Shown here: in pieces, positions 10,605 through 23,729 of the stretch
How positions within the stretch are numbered: the first letter of the stretch is position 1
Layout: each line of letters begins with the position of its first letter
From: Isurus oxyrinchus
Taxonomy: Eukaryota
Length of the DNA: 64,000 nucleotides
Reading direction: 5' to 3'
Assembly (NCBI GenBank): GCA_026770705.1
Contig: JANJGN010000301.1
Span: 310,001-374,000 of the forward strand
Position numbers and translations under genes: made by a program
The notes under the pieces: generated by a model
What the model saw: only the letters and a program-made list of their open reading frames with translations
What the model was told of the DNA's origin: nothing
Databases searched by the model: none

Positions 10605-12929
10605 GCCTTTAGACTCTGGATAGGAGCTCCTGTCGGTTGGGGTTTGTGTAGAATCTCGGGCAGGTGCAGCCATAATGTTCAGCGGCGCTGTCAGCCACTC
10701 AAAAACAAACCGAGAGGAAAACCACATTCACCTCGGATCAAACTGTCACCAGTTGTGTCCAGGAGCGGCCGAAAAAACAAACTTCAGAATCAGATCCGAT
10801 CAAGAGATCATCACAGCATCAGCTTTCAAAGCGGCTGTTCTAATCATCACCCTCAACAATTTGCTGTTATGTCTCAGGTTGTTCTCACCTCATTTCCTCG
10901 TCTCTCTGGTTCTGTGAGATACGTCGGTGGTGAGCTGCCTGACATGGAATGGAAACACCCCGAGCTCGACTAGAGTCAGTAGGGTGATGACTGCACTTTT
11001 AGAGACGAGGGTGGGGGGATGTAATCTTGGTCTGTTCATTATCTCCAGCAAACCCGGGATTATTAATGGTGACACGAAACGTTCCAGAATTAAGAGAACG
11101 TTCTGAAGCTCAATAGTCCCTGGGGGAACTTTGTACTTGGGATTTGTCCTACCTAGTGTCAGTCATTACCTGGTGAACAATGCTCATTGCGTATAACCTG
11201 TCTCTGCCCCAACAACATACTCTGTTCAAATAAACGCTGTGAACAGGCCGCGGTCAAAGACCACAGCAAACTGACAGGAGACATGGGGAACCGTTGTTCA
11301 ATAATACAGGAAAGCACGGAAACTGTATCAAAACCCAAAAATTAAATAAAAGTGATCAAATAGATTTTTGAAGGTCGTTTTTAGTAAAAATGCGAGTTAA
11401 AATTCATTAATTTGACTCCACAAGTGATTCTCACTTCTTTTTGTTGAGTGTTGTGTTTTGTTATGATGTTTCGGGAAGGTCCCTATGACTCTCATCGTGG
11501 AGGCTTTCTCCGATTGTTTCTCTTTCTCTGATTGTTTCTCTTTCTGTCTCTGACTTTCTCAGTGTCTCTTTGTGCCTATCTCTACCTCTCTGGTGAGTCA
11601 ATCAAGCCTCGATATAAGATTCGTTGGCGCTGTAAAACACATGGAAATTAATGCAAGTAGCTCAGGGAGTGAATACAGAGTTTGAAAAATTCGACAAACA
11701 CAGGGTTGCACTTTCAGCCAAATGAATGAAAATCTTTCATAGTGGTGATCAGGCTGATGACTGACTTAGGCGCCTTGATCACTGATCCTCCCTGAAAAGG
11801 AGACAGTTTCCGTCATGGTCTCCTCAATAAATTCCCAATTCTTGTTTCCAACAATTTACGGGTGTCCCGCTTAGCGGACAGAATCTGTTTGTATACCGGA
11901 GACAGGATCCTGGTAATCCCAGGAGGTGGTGTCCCCTCATCAACCCAATCCAGGAAAAAGAATTGAAATAAAGAGCAGGAAGTTTAAATAAATAAACTTT
12001 ACCGGCCCCCTTGGAAACAAGGGGCCAACTAAATTTTAACCCTGAAATTAAATCTCACTCGGAAAGAGAAATCACCTTTTACAGACTCAGGGTGTCAGTA
12101 AGCACGTTCCACGCTAAGGAAGTACCTTTCCAGTGCAGTCGTTGTTGTGGTGTGAGAAATATGATTTACACAGAGTGCAATGGGAATCTTTAACTCTCTG
12201 CCAGAAACGGTTATCACTCTGACCCTTGTTGCGGAGTGATGGGATTTGAATGTCCAGGTATTTCCCAGAAACTTTGAAGTTGTGGCTAATAGTAACCAAA
12301 ATATTCGGTCACGAAAAGATGGACTGATCTCTTCCTGTCTCTGTCTCTGTCTATCTCTCTCTCTCATTGTCATAACCTTTTACTTCAGACTACACAGTAA
12401 CATTGGACCATGAAATACGATGATTTACAGGCACCCATCTCTAAGTCTCTTTTGTAATTCATCTATCAATTCTTGCCCTATATATACTCATGTTTGCAGT
12501 AACATGTCGTGGCGCCAAAATATTTCCTGTAACCTCCAGCTGTCACCTGTCACAGCGAGGAACTGTTGGCTTCTTAAATTTTCTCCAAAGATTGCCATCC
12601 AGTGGAATCTCGTCTGTAAAACAACGACTCTCAATTCATTCTCGAATATTGCTGCATGATATTGCTGCATTATCATGGTTTTTATGGCTTTGGTTTTATT
12701 ATTACTGTAACTTCTCTCTTTTCATTGTATTGCTTCTGTTACATTTACTGATTAGAATTCCTTCCCAGATTATTTGCCTCTTTACTGACGTGCATAAATA
12801 GATTAATTTCTTGTTCATTAGTCCGCAACAGATGATGCTTTGATTGTTTATATGAGGAGGATGGAAAGCATGCGATCACCCTTATCATCAAAGAAGGGTG
12901 TCAATCAAATGCCAAGAAGAGACCAACGT

Positions 12930-13225
12930 GGGAAAGGGGAGCTGTAGTCGGCCTGTCGGGCCTTCAGGTCTGCTCCACCATTCAATAAGGTCATGGCTGA
13001 TCTGACTGTAGCTTCCCACCCATCCCGGGTTACCTTTCACTCTCTTGTTTATCAAAAGTCGATCTACCTCTACCCTGAAAACATTCGGAGACTTCGCTTC
13101 ACCTGCCCTTTGAGGAAGGGACTTCCAAAGACTCACTAATTTCTGAGAGAAAGAAAGTCTTCTCATCAATGCCTTAAATAGGAGACGCTTTCTTTTTAAA
13201 CAGTTCTAGATTGTCCCACACGAAA
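12930..13225 (-). mobile_element. CR1-type LINE 3' end fragment
   Basis: Translates as ...FSQKLVSLWKSLPQRAGEA...; homologous to 44.95-45.2 kb. Confidence 0.7.
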
Positions 13226-13420
13226 GAAGATCCTTTCCATGTGTGTTTTATTTGTTGTGCAGAGGATTAATCTGAATGTTATGTTATTGTAAATCATAAA
13301 AATACTTTTATTCCATTAAATAACTCGGATGATGAATTGAATTTTTTGCAGAATTGACTTGTATCACTCTCGCTTCTAAAACCCATGTCCGAATTTTCTC
13401 ACCAGTCTCATTGGTGAGTG

Positions 13421-13738
13421 AGTTCTAGTACAATCTCCTCACCTCCTTGCCTCCCCGTGCTTTACCGCACTGCATTACACAGCAGCATCTGAGAACTGAA
13501 CCGAGAGAACTGTGAGAGTGGCAGGGTCTTTCTCACGGTCCACAGATACTTGAAATCTTTACCGAGCTCTTTCATCACTGAATATGATGACGAATGCTCG
13601 GGAGCTCGATTGGAGAATTACCGGTACAAGAATATAAGTTCATTTGTAGCGAAAGTAGAGTTATGGTGAAGCAAAATGATTGTCCTTGCGTTCCTGATAA
13701 CCCAACATCTGTTTTTTTAAGCTAGTGACAAGGAGTAG
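13421..13738 (-). pseudogene. TCR V pseudogene (V7)
   Basis: ...ELIFLYR*FSNRAPEH...RFQVSVDREKDPATLTVLSVQFSDAAV*CSAVK. RSS CACGGGG-23-ACTAGAACT. Confidence 0.78.
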
Positions 13739-14016
13739 CTGTCAAAACAAGAATCAAATTAACATAATGATATATTCAAGGAAAATTAAACAACGTGCTT
13801 GTGGAAATGGGTAGAAAAAACTGATTAATCCAACCATCCACCAATCCACCCTGGATGGACCTGAGTTAATGGTTCTGTAAGAACAACCCTAATTATCAGC
13901 TATAGGAGCTGCAAGTCTGAGAGCTTTCATTACCTCTGTTGGCAAATCGATATTCCGAGTCAGTTTGGAGCTATGTATCGTATAATTGGCGGTATGGAGA
14001 TGAACTCGACGCTTTG

Positions 14017-14372
14017 GAGGCTATGCCGCAGTGGCATTCGTGCTGTGTTGGTGATGTCGAGAACCCAGGTTAATTCTTTGGGGACCCGAGTTCGAATCCC
14101 CACCATGACAGCTGGAGGAATTTGAATTCAATTGAAAGTCTAATGATGACCGTGTCCAAACACGCCACCATGAAACCAGTGTCCGTTGTTGCAAAAACTC
14201 ATCTGGTTCACTAATGTCGTTTAGGGAAGGAAATCTGCTGCCTTTGCCTGGCCTACATGTGATTCTAGGCCCAGCAACGTGGTTGAATCTTAAGTATCCT
14301 CTGAGCAAGTGGCAGTTTAGGAATGGGAGCAAATGCTGTCCTAGCCAGTAATGCCCACATCCCACGATTTAA
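14017..14372 (+). mobile_element. tRNA-derived SINE, absent from the paralogous site at ~24.16 kb
   Basis: B-box GAGTTCGAATCC; core ctggttcactaatgtcgtttagggaaggaaatctgc; 3' tail gcccacatccc. Confidence 0.8.
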
Positions 14373-14515
14373 AACAAAATCCCAATGCTGCTTTTCTGTG
14401 GATCTGGGCAAGGATAAGTGCAATAAATAAGCTTGTCTCTTTTGCTTCTGTGCAACCCGGGATCAAACTGTTCCTGCTGGCCAAGGCATAAAAGAAAGCT
14501 GTAAATGCTCGTTGA

Positions 14516-15083
14516 GGTTTTTGTACGGGGTTCTTGCTGTGATATGACGCTGTGCTTCACTGCACAGTAATACACCGATCCATCCTCCACACTCAGTTCG
14601 CTTATGTTGAGGTAACTGTTCTTTTGAGACTTGTCCCCAGCCGCCATATATCGTCCTTAAACTACCTCTTTCTTCAGTGATAAGATATTGATAATAATCC
14701 ATCTTGGTAGCTGTACCATCTGCTGCCGATACCATTGCATGTACTCCATGTTACGATGTGTGTATTCGCAGCCCAACTGCACTGAACCCCCTTCAGACAC
14801 CGTTATTGCAACCGGGGCTTGAGTCACTGGATCTGCGCATAGTCCACCTGTGAGGTGGAGGAATTGAATATCAAGCGGTTAAACAGTATTGATCTAAATT
14901 TGTTTGTAGCTGCTTGAGTTTGTGGAACCTCCTATCTACCCAGCTGTCCATCATATGGATATTTCTGATCTTTAATTGTATTACTTACTTGCGTAATCTC
15001 CATACAATAATACATGATTCTGCCTTGAATAACTAAATCCAATACTTACTGTCCAACAGCACCGCCAGCATTATCAGAAGCAT
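14516..15083 (-). pseudogene. TCR V pseudogene (V8) with a single in-frame stop and near-consensus 23-RSS
   Basis: Leader 15083-15050 MLLIMLAVLLD. Exon from 14847: SGLCADPVTQAPVAITVSEGGSVQLGCEYTHRNMEYMQWYRQQMVQLPRWIIINILSLKKEVV*GRYMAAGDKSQKNSYLNISELSVEDGSVYYCAVK (TAA at 14659-14657). RSS CACAGCG-23-ACAAAAACC. Confidence 0.9.
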
Positions 15084-16149
15084 GTCTGATTGAATCTCGC
15101 TCGATGAATGCAAATGGAATGAGCCAAGGATTGAGAAAGAGAGACGGAACCCGGGCTCTGTTCAGCTCATTGTTCCACCCTCAGGCTGCAGGGGGCCAGA
15201 CCCATTCTGACTTCACTCAGGAAACCATCCCTATTGGCTTTGGCGATTCCACCATCTGACTTAGTGACGCTCTGCTTGAGCTTGGCGCCCTCCATTACTG
15301 AATTCAGTTCAATCCGTGTTCGGATGCGGCCGTTGAGAGGATTCGGGGCTTATTGAAATGCATCAAAACACGAACGTTCCCCAGAAATCTTAATGGGAAC
15401 TGTTTAGACACAGCCTTTGTTGCAACTGATGTTTATTTTGCGATATGATGTTAAATCTGTAGAAAACATTGCTGGGTTTGGAGAAAGCGTGGACGCTGCA
15501 CATCAGCTGGGTACAACAGATGGGGAACATTTATGCGAACAGACGAGGGGAACATGGATTCTGGTCGTCGTAACAAAGAAGGCAGAAGAGAGACTCGATT
15601 GATGTGCTAAAAATTGCCCTTTATTGAAAGTAGGTCGTAATTTCTTCCATCAACAGAAGATATAATAACCCAATCATTTCGATTTTCGTGAAAACAATAG
15701 AGAGGGAAAGATCGGTTTTATTTATTACATTGTATGTGTTACCATCTGGAATACGGTGTCTGAAATGATGGGCGAAGAAGATTCAGTCGTACATTTCAAA
15801 ACGGAATTGTTACAAGTTGAAAAATGAAAACAACTTGGAAAATGTTGGGTGTGAAAGGCGATTGGGATGGCTCTTTCAAATAGACACAGGTGCGGTAAGC
15901 GGAGTCCTCATTCAGTCCCCTAACTTTCTATGATTCTGCTCCCTTCTTGCCCCTCCCGCACTATTTGTTCTCAATCATTTGATGTGTGAACAGGTGGAGG
16001 ATGCTCACAGGTTTCTGGAGCTTCAACCGTCGCTATTTCTCTCCAACACTTCTGGCTGCAGCTGATCACCGCTGCGCACTTTTATCAGTTTTCAATCTGC
16101 TGCATCCCCCGCCACAGCTTCCGTTTGTTCCACTCCTCTGACCCGAATT

Positions 16150-16428
16150 CATCAGAGACAGTTTTATCTTTAATTGTTCTGAGTTTTTGATCTTTAATTG
16201 ACCTGAGAGACACTTTGGTCTCTAATAGATCCGACGGCAGTTCATTTTTAGTTGATCTGAGATATATTTTGATGAATAATTGATCTGAGGTGCAGTTTTA
16301 TCTCTTATTGATCTGAGGGACAGTTTGATTTTCAATGGGTCTGAGAGACAGTTTGATATCTAATTGATCATGGGAGACAGTATGATCCCTAAGTCCTCTG
16401 AGAGACAGTTTGACCTTTAATTGATCTC
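16150..16428 (+). repeat. ~28-bp minisatellite, about 10 diverged copies
   Basis: Unit approximately ctgagagacagtttgatctttaattgat. Confidence 0.8.
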
Positions 16429-17280
16429 TCTATAGACATATGTTTCTCTGTGTATGTATGGTTCTCTATGTCCTTGTACGCCTGTGCGCGTATGTTTGAG
16501 TTTGTGCACTTCAGAGTACGTGTTTGATTTTGTGTGTGCATCCGGAAGTGCTTTTTATGTATTTCTCTGTATTGTCATCTCTGCGTGTGTCTGTATGTGG
16601 GTCTATGCCGTCATACCTTTTCCAATGCCGTGTGAGAGGCTTTTGATGCACACAACCAGGCTCTATGAGCCATTTGCTGAAGAATTTTCACCCCAAACAC
16701 AGTGGAATTAGGTCAGAAATTTCCATCTTTTTGACTAATTCAGGACATATGATTAATAGGCCACATCTCCTCCAGGAATTACTTCACTTTTAAACATTAA
16801 TGAATAAAAGGAACGAATGACCCAAGCATGAGAAGAGATTCAGATCGGAGGAAAGTGATATCGAGAGAAAAAGGGTGACCCAGAGAGAAACAAGTAGACA
16901 AAGCGAGAGGAAAAAGGAGAAGAGAGAGAGAGAAGAAGAGGTGGTGATTGGGGGAGAGAGAGAAATTAAGTATAAGACTGAGATAAACAGGGGGGATATA
17001 TTTCCTTTGAGATCTCTGTGACAGTGAGATGCCAAACAGTTCTGGAAACTGCATATGCAGTGAATAGCGACATCTTGAAATTTGAAACACAGTATACAGT
17101 TAATTAAACCATTAAACTTTGCCCGGTAATCTACTGTCCATTCCACATTAAGGAAACTGAAATCCGACTCCTCTATTCTGAGCAGATGGAGATTCCCTGT
17201 GGGAATCTCTTCTCCATTAAAGAGCACTCTAATACCGACTATCACCAGGCGGGCATTGCTCTAATTACAGGCAGTGTTGC

Positions 17281-17319
17281 TGTTTTTGTACCGGGCAGGC
17301 ACTGAGCTGTGCAGCTGTG
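17281..17319 (-). other. 23-RSS of V9
   Basis: CACAGCT, 23 nt, ACAAAAACA. Confidence 0.88.
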
Positions 17320-17769
17320 GGTCTCAGAGCGCAGTAATACAGGGCTCCATCTGACAGCTCCGCCATAGAAACTCTCCACCAAACCGCGCTCCCCTCTGTG
17401 CTCAGCCCTGCTGTGAAACGCTCCTTGGCCAAATCGGCTCGAGATGTACTGTATTTGGTGATCCACAGCATGTTCACTAGATTCTGACCGAGAAATTGCC
17501 GATACCAATAAAGGTAAGGGTCAGTATCCGCTGTTGTAAAAGTGCAGTTCAGTGTGACCGGTTCTCCTTCCCTCACGGTTCTTAGTGGATTGTTTTGATG
17601 CCCAGAATCGCCGCCAACACTGTCGGCTGGAAGAGAAATTGAACAGCTACAAATGTCACTAACTGGACCCATTACTGATTTTTGTGTATTTTGTAATCTG
17701 ATTCCACATGTAGTTACACAGCACAGAGAGGGCCAAAACCAGACTCATAGACACGGGGAAATACATCAT
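17320..17769 (-). CDS. TCR alpha/delta-type V segment (V9), apparently intact
   Basis: Leader 17769-17718 MMYFPVSMSLVLALSVL, donor GTAACT. Exon from 17626: SDSVGGDSGHQNNPLRTVREGEPVTLNCTFTTADTDPYLYWYRQFLGQNLVNMLWITKYSTSRADLAKERFTAGLSTEGSAVWWRVSMAELSDGALYYCALRP. Confidence 0.9.
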
Positions 17770-19099
17770 TGTCTGCGAGTGGCCATTTGGGCGAGAGACC
17801 CTTTCTCTACCAGCCCGGCAACAGACTGAGCTACTTAAACCTGTCACACACATAGACAGGAAATGACTCGGCATAGCCGTTTGTGACAATGTCACATCAT
17901 CAGGGAAAACGAGGAATTGCTCTGGTTACTGTCTGTGCAGCAACATCTCAAATTGTTAAATGAAGATTCTTCAGGTCATTAATTCCAGGAAAAATATAAG
18001 ATCCTTATTTTCTTCGAACATTTTAATCACAAAGAACATGTTAATTTTAGCCTAGAGGGAGCGAGAGGAAATCAGAGTAGAGGATTCACTGTAACCAGTG
18101 AACGGTGCAGTTATCCATCTCTCTTATTGATATAGTTCATTGTATGTAGCAGTGCATTTTGAATAGACAGTTCTGATCTATCCTGAACGTTCCACAGTAA
18201 CGGTGAATGACTTTTCTAATCACCAGCAAGGGCGGACATTGAGCAGAGAGTGAATAATGTCAGTTCTTCAGGATAAATGCCACACCCGGTCTCTCTTTAA
18301 CTGTCCTTCTGAGTTTATGTCTTCGTCTCCTGTGACAATGGGAGACATTGTCACCATTCAAACACACATTTTGTCAGCTTGTGTTATCTAGGTGCCAATC
18401 CTTTGACAGTGTTGGGAACATCCCGGCTGGGGTGTGGGCACGTCCTCCCCACTTGTCTGAATGAGCGCAGCTCCCACAGCACTCAAGAAGCTTGACACCA
18501 TCCAGGAAAAAAACAGCCCGCTTGATTAACATGACACACACAAAAATTCACACCCTCCACCACTGACGCACACACGATACGAGATGAAAACCGATCATCG
18601 GATTATCAGTGGGATCATCTCCAGTCTCTGTTCATGGGGAAATGCATCAATGCTGAATGTCGAGCCTTGTATAACACTTACCAGGACATCAAACAGTTGG
18701 ATTGAAGTTTGGAAATTCACAGCTTCTGATTGCAGATTGTTCCCTTAATAATATGAACAATGAAGAGCAAAGTACAACTCACATTCGCAACATTCACTTT
18801 CATTATTTCCCATTGTACTGGCGCCAGTGCCGTTGATCTTTGCCACTCTCCATATGTACCCCTCTGCGTTTCCTGATTAAAATGCTACTTTGTTGTTTAT
18901 GTCTTTCTGTGAATGTCTTTCTCATTAGTAACTGTACTTGTATATTTTGTCATTAATAAAAAGCATTTTAAGAAGAGTACAATGATGCATTTATTCTAAT
19001 TACATGTAAGAGATATCATCATGAATGAGGGTCTGAGATGAGATCCCCGACTGCCGGCAATATCCCCTAACACGCTGTTCTGTCGATCGACGTTCTGAC

Positions 19100-19137
19100 A
19101 GTTTTTGTACAGCTTCAGTCAGCTCTGTATCTCTGTG
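19100..19137 (-). other. RSS of V10 (22-bp spacer)
   Basis: CACAGAG, 22 nt, ACAAAAACT. Confidence 0.88.
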
Positions 19138-20076
19138 AGTCTCAGCGCGCAGTAATACATCGCGGAGTCCCTCAGCTGTGCCTTAGAGACTTCCAGCGGG
19201 ACGGTTCGGCTGGATTCATCGAGCTTCGCTGAAAATCGGTCCTCTAGAAATCCCTCTATTTTCCCGCTGTATCTGCTCCTCTGCAGCAAGTACTCCAAGG
19301 AACCGCTGGGATGCTGGCGGTACCAGAACAGGTAATCAACGTCGCTGCTTGTAACTGTGTAATTGCAGAACAACTGAAAATCGACTCCTTCAATTACTGA
19401 GACTTCAGCCGGTGTCTGTGAAACGGAGACTCCTCCACAATGTCCTGTAAGAGACCCCGGAGCAATTAACTTAAACAATCTCACTTCACTCTGTCTCTCA
19501 TCCATTAACAGTCGGTTACCCGCAAAACACACCTGAGAATTAAATTCGAAGTCTTACACAGAAATATTTTCACCATAGCGTAGAATGCAAGGTAACTTTC
19601 TTTGTCTAATGAATAGAATGTCTTTGGATAAACCTTCAGCACCACCTTCATCAGCACTGACTGGGCTGTGAAAGAAAACCTCCAAATGATCCGCACGCTA
19701 ATTAGCCATGGATTTTTGAAAGTTAAAATTGGATCCAGGGTAGTGGGTTCCCTTTGCCTAATATTTCTCTTTAAGTGTTCCACTCTCATTCAATAGCGTG
19801 CGCCTGTGTATGTGTGTTTGGGTGTTCGGGGTTGGGGCGGGTGTCAGCAGGATTGGGGGAGGGGCTGGGGGATTTAGGAGCACGTACAATTTGCAACAGA
19901 GTGTCCAGGGTTAAGCTTAGGAGCGATCCGAATAGCTTTCTGCACTTCTGATCAATATGTGCATATTTCTGTTCTCCCGCGGATTGACCGATTAAATGCA
20001 ATTTACGAGGCAGCTGTGAAAGGCAAAGTTAATAACTTCGGAACTCACCCGTGAGGAGAGCCGCAGCTGTAAACAT
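19138..20076 (-). CDS. TCR alpha/delta-type V segment (V10); open V exon, short or GTG-initiated leader
   Basis: Leader MFTAAALLT (20076-20049; in-frame GTG at 20106), donor GTGAGT, 604-nt intron. Exon from 19444: GHCGGVSVSQTPAEVSVIEGVDFQLFCNYTVTSSDVDYLFWYRQHPSGSLEYLLQRSRYSGKIEGFLEDRFSAKLDESSRTVPLEVSKAQLRDSAMYYCALRL. Confidence 0.87.
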
Positions 20077-21156
20077 TGAGTAAATTGTAACAGTCAATAT
20101 TTTCACGGAGAGATGATGGCGAAATTGAGAGGGCTGCTTTCACCTAAAAAAAATTCTTATCAAGGCACAGCGCGAGCCGATGTAATATCCGGCCTTTTTG
20201 CCCATTGGTTCGTTCCTGACAGAGACAGGAGCTGACATCCAATCAATTGTCACATCCATCACACTTCAAGTCATCCAATCAGCTCGCAACTCCTTTGTTC
20301 TCCGATTAATGACATCGGAGCAGGGAAAGGGAAAGGGAAAGAAAGTGAAATTGTAATTCTCATGCAGTGGAAAGTGCTGCTCCCTTTGAAATTGGGTATT
20401 CTTGGGTCTGTCCCAGTGAGTGCAAGACGAAAAGCAACACCGGCGTTATTCTCTCACAACAGCCAACTGTTTGTGAAGTAGTACTTGTTAATAGATTTAC
20501 TCGCCCATGAACAGATTCAGTCCGTGAGGCGGGAGAAGCGAAAGGAAATATTTAATTTTGACAGTGCCAGAGGCTCCAATTAATATTGCTGCTCACAGAA
20601 CACGGGGCGCTAACAAACGGTTATAGGATCCCTGAGCTGTGTGTCTGACAGGGAGTGCACATTGCGAAAATCAAGACTGTTGAAATCATATTGAGGCTCC
20701 TTGGAGTGGAGCAGGATGTATAGAGAAAAGCTGAATTTTATGGCATTTTCTGTAATCATCAGTTCCGAAAGCTTTGCACTTGGGCTGTATGCCTGACATG
20801 GAATGCACATGGCAACTATCGAGAGTATTGCAATTGCATTGAGGCACCTCAGAGTGGAGCAGTCTGTTGGAAGACCGGTTGAATTTTATGGAACTTTCTG
20901 TCATATTCAATTCAAATGCTTCATCAAGTATTTTTGCAAACTTTATCAGGAAAGTATATTTTTGAAAAGTAAAAAAATACTGACTCACAGGCTGGAAACA
21001 CGGTGCGATGGGGTTGTTTATAATTACTTATCGTCCAGAGTGCAGAAACCTGTCATCCAGCCAGACTGGACTTTAGATGCTGGTTTCGATTATGTCTTCT
21101 ATTCACAATCAAGTTTCCAGATGTGGATCAGTTAAGGGATGTGAGGGCGCCTTGCC

Positions 21157-21619
21157 GGTTTTTGCACAGGCTGACTGAGTTCCTGTAGCAATGTGGGCCG
21201 CAGGACACGGCTGCGGCAGGGACAAAGCTCCTGGGGACTTTGAATGGGGTCGTTACACTTTCTTTGTCCAAAGGAGCAGGAAATCTGTCCGGGAAATCTG
21301 GGCAGGCACCCCACGGCTCCCGTGCCATATCTCTTCAATAAATATCTCAAGCCTCCCCTGGATGTTGAATGAAGTAGAAGAGAGAGAAAGCAGAAAGTAC
21401 CAGTTTGTGGAGTAACTGCTGTTCAGCATGATGGCCTGCCCTTCCTGAACCATTAATTCAGGCGGGTCCTGAGGGACTGAGCCAAAGTCATTCGTTCCTG
21501 TAGCATGAGTATGGGAAGTCTCAGAGTTCAGTACTTAACATAACACATGCAGCAAATACTGGCCAAATGTAATTATTCTCAACAGGCATCGAGAACTCTA
21601 AGGACTGTGGGGAATACAT
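21157..21619 (-). pseudogene. TCR V pseudogene (V11)
   Basis: GSVPQDPPELMVQEGQAIMLNSSYST..., frameshifts, RYLLKRYGT...PDFPDRFPAPLDK. RSS CACATTG-23-GCAAAAACC. Confidence 0.8.
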
Positions 21620-22246
21620 GGTATCTGCTTTAGATTTCGGACGGATGTGTCATCATCATTTTAGGAATGTTGATCGTTTTAACTCGACATTAAATATCAC
21701 ACTTAGATCAGGAGCAAGTTTCACTTCTTGGGAGAGCAGAGGTTGGATTCAGGGACAGGACATGCGGATCTCTCATAACTGACAACCAGTTGAGCACCAA
21801 TCAGTGTTGGTTGTGTCCAATTACTGCAAGATATCTTCAGATTATCTCTCTCTCTCTCTCTCTCTCTCTCTATTTCTATCTCACGCCCTGTCTCTCTCTC
21901 TCTCTTTCCCCTCTCTCTATCTCTGTCTTCTTCTCTGCTTTCCAGGCCTCCTTCTCCATGGTTTTATCCTGTTGTCACCTTTTCTCTTACTCTCTCTGTC
22001 GTTTTGTCAATGAGGTGAAAAGTGAATGTATTAATGCAGCCAATGTGTCCCAGTAAGGATTGTCATTTTGATGCAATGGATAACACGAGGCGCACCCAGG
22101 ACTGCACTGGTTGGCATCTTTGGAGAGTTTTGTTTTATATTCATGTACGAATTAATGGAATTGAAAAATCTTCAACACGCGATTAGAGGGAGTTATCCTT
22201 TGTATTGTACGACCCTCAAGCAGCGCATTGCAAACAGAACCATTGC

Positions 22247-22376
22247 NNNNNNNNNNNNNNNNNNNNNNNNNNNNNNNNNNNNNNNNNNNNNNNNNNNNNN
22301 NNNNNNNNNNNNNNNNNNNNNNNNNNNNNNNNNNNNNNNNNNNNNNNNNNNNNNNNNNNNNNNNNNNNNNNNNNNN
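22247..22376. other. Assembly gap (130 N) followed by CA-rich low-complexity sequence to ~22745
   Basis: Run of n characters. Confidence 0.99.
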
Positions 22377-23729
22377 GACAGAGACTCCGACACACACACA
22401 AAAATACAAACGTGCACATGCACGCACACACAGAAACACACATGCACATGGAAAACCCCACCACCCCACAGCACAAAAATCCACAGGCTCAGACACATAC
22501 ACACACGCAACATGGACACATACAGACTCAGGCACAGAAAAACCCACAGGCACATACACACAGACAGCAGGCACCGCCCCCCCCCCACCCCCCGCCCCCC
22601 CCCCTCCCCCACGCACACACACAAACACGCATGCACAGAATAGAATGTACTCACTCAAACGTTCACACCAACACAGAAAAGCACATTCAGGAACATAAAG
22701 TAATGCACGTTCAGATACACAAACATAAACACAAAGCGCCACACAATGGTTCATGCATCGTGAAGATCAGTATTGTATTTTCCTTTGCAAAATTTTTTGG
22801 CGCGAATTAGGAACAGACTTCAAGTTCCAATTCAAAAATTGCCTTCACCCTATCTGTCAGAACTGTGTAAATCTGTTCCCAGCGAGGTAGCTAATTCCTG
22901 CGGCTCATTTGACAAGCGGCACACCCTCGTCCTCCATCACAAGTTGTACATTTGTTTCTTTTCTCACATGTGAGATACAAGCGGCAGAGCCGCACTCCCT
23001 CAGTGCATTCTACCTGATGTTGAGCTGAGCTGAAAGATACGGGCCTTTGAAGAGATGCAAACATAAATCTCACATTGTTTAGGCAGACTCTCGCCCACAC
23101 CGTTTTTCTTTGAACAGGCTCGACCTGTTAAATTGTAGCAGAGAAACCTAATAGTTAATGTTGTCCTTATTTTAATGCAACTCACTGATTCTTAGAACTC
23201 GGAAAACGATCACAAAGGGGGCCATACACTGACTGAATACTACTTTGATCTAAATTTGACAAACACAAGTGACCATATGCATCAACTGGGGAGTGTTTGA
23301 CTGAAATTGAGCAGAATGGGAGGTTGGGAATCATCGAATGGGATGCGATACCGGAGTGAGCTGCTCGACAATAAATATTTATAAGATGCTATTCAGAAAA
23401 ATTTAAGAAATAACCATATTAAAAATACATATCGCTTCAACTTGCAATCGATGCCTTTATTTCCACTCTTTCTTTACTAATCTCGTTTTGAACTAAAACA
23501 CATGTAAGGTGTTCTTGAAGTGTCAGAAGTTGGAATCAGCAGAGTGCACACGTCACACACTGACTGCCTATCACTGCAAGATACCACTCCTGCCTTATTC
23601 CCCTTCACAAGTCCTTTCGGAACAAGGGACGCAACTCCATGCATTTTGTCTCATCCATCCTGTAACCTTTCCCAAAATTAAGAGAATATAATTCCCTCCT
23701 CCACACAATGGGAAATATATTCCACACAT

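Noticed and set aside
11740-12215. Possible plus-strand V relic (RQDPGNPRRW; CACAGAG at ~12169); related piece at 28.27-28.38 kb
   Set aside because: No continuous framework, Cys/Trp or convincing nonamer.
14017-14105. tRNA-like head
   Set aside because: SINE head with A/B boxes, not a foldable tRNA gene.
16150-16428. Repeat array with a CRISPR-like unit length
   Set aside because: Head-to-tail minisatellite without unique spacers, in vertebrate DNA.
18080-18335. Minus-strand leader/FR1-like translation (TLCSMSALAGD*KSHSPLLWNVQ...)
   Set aside because: Too degenerate; no WYxQ, YYC or RSS.
22068-22810. Several long ORFs
   Set aside because: They span the N gap and CA-repeat sequence.
22790-23130. 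Possible minus-strand V relic
   Set aside because: Only vague similarity; no RSS or conserved motifs.
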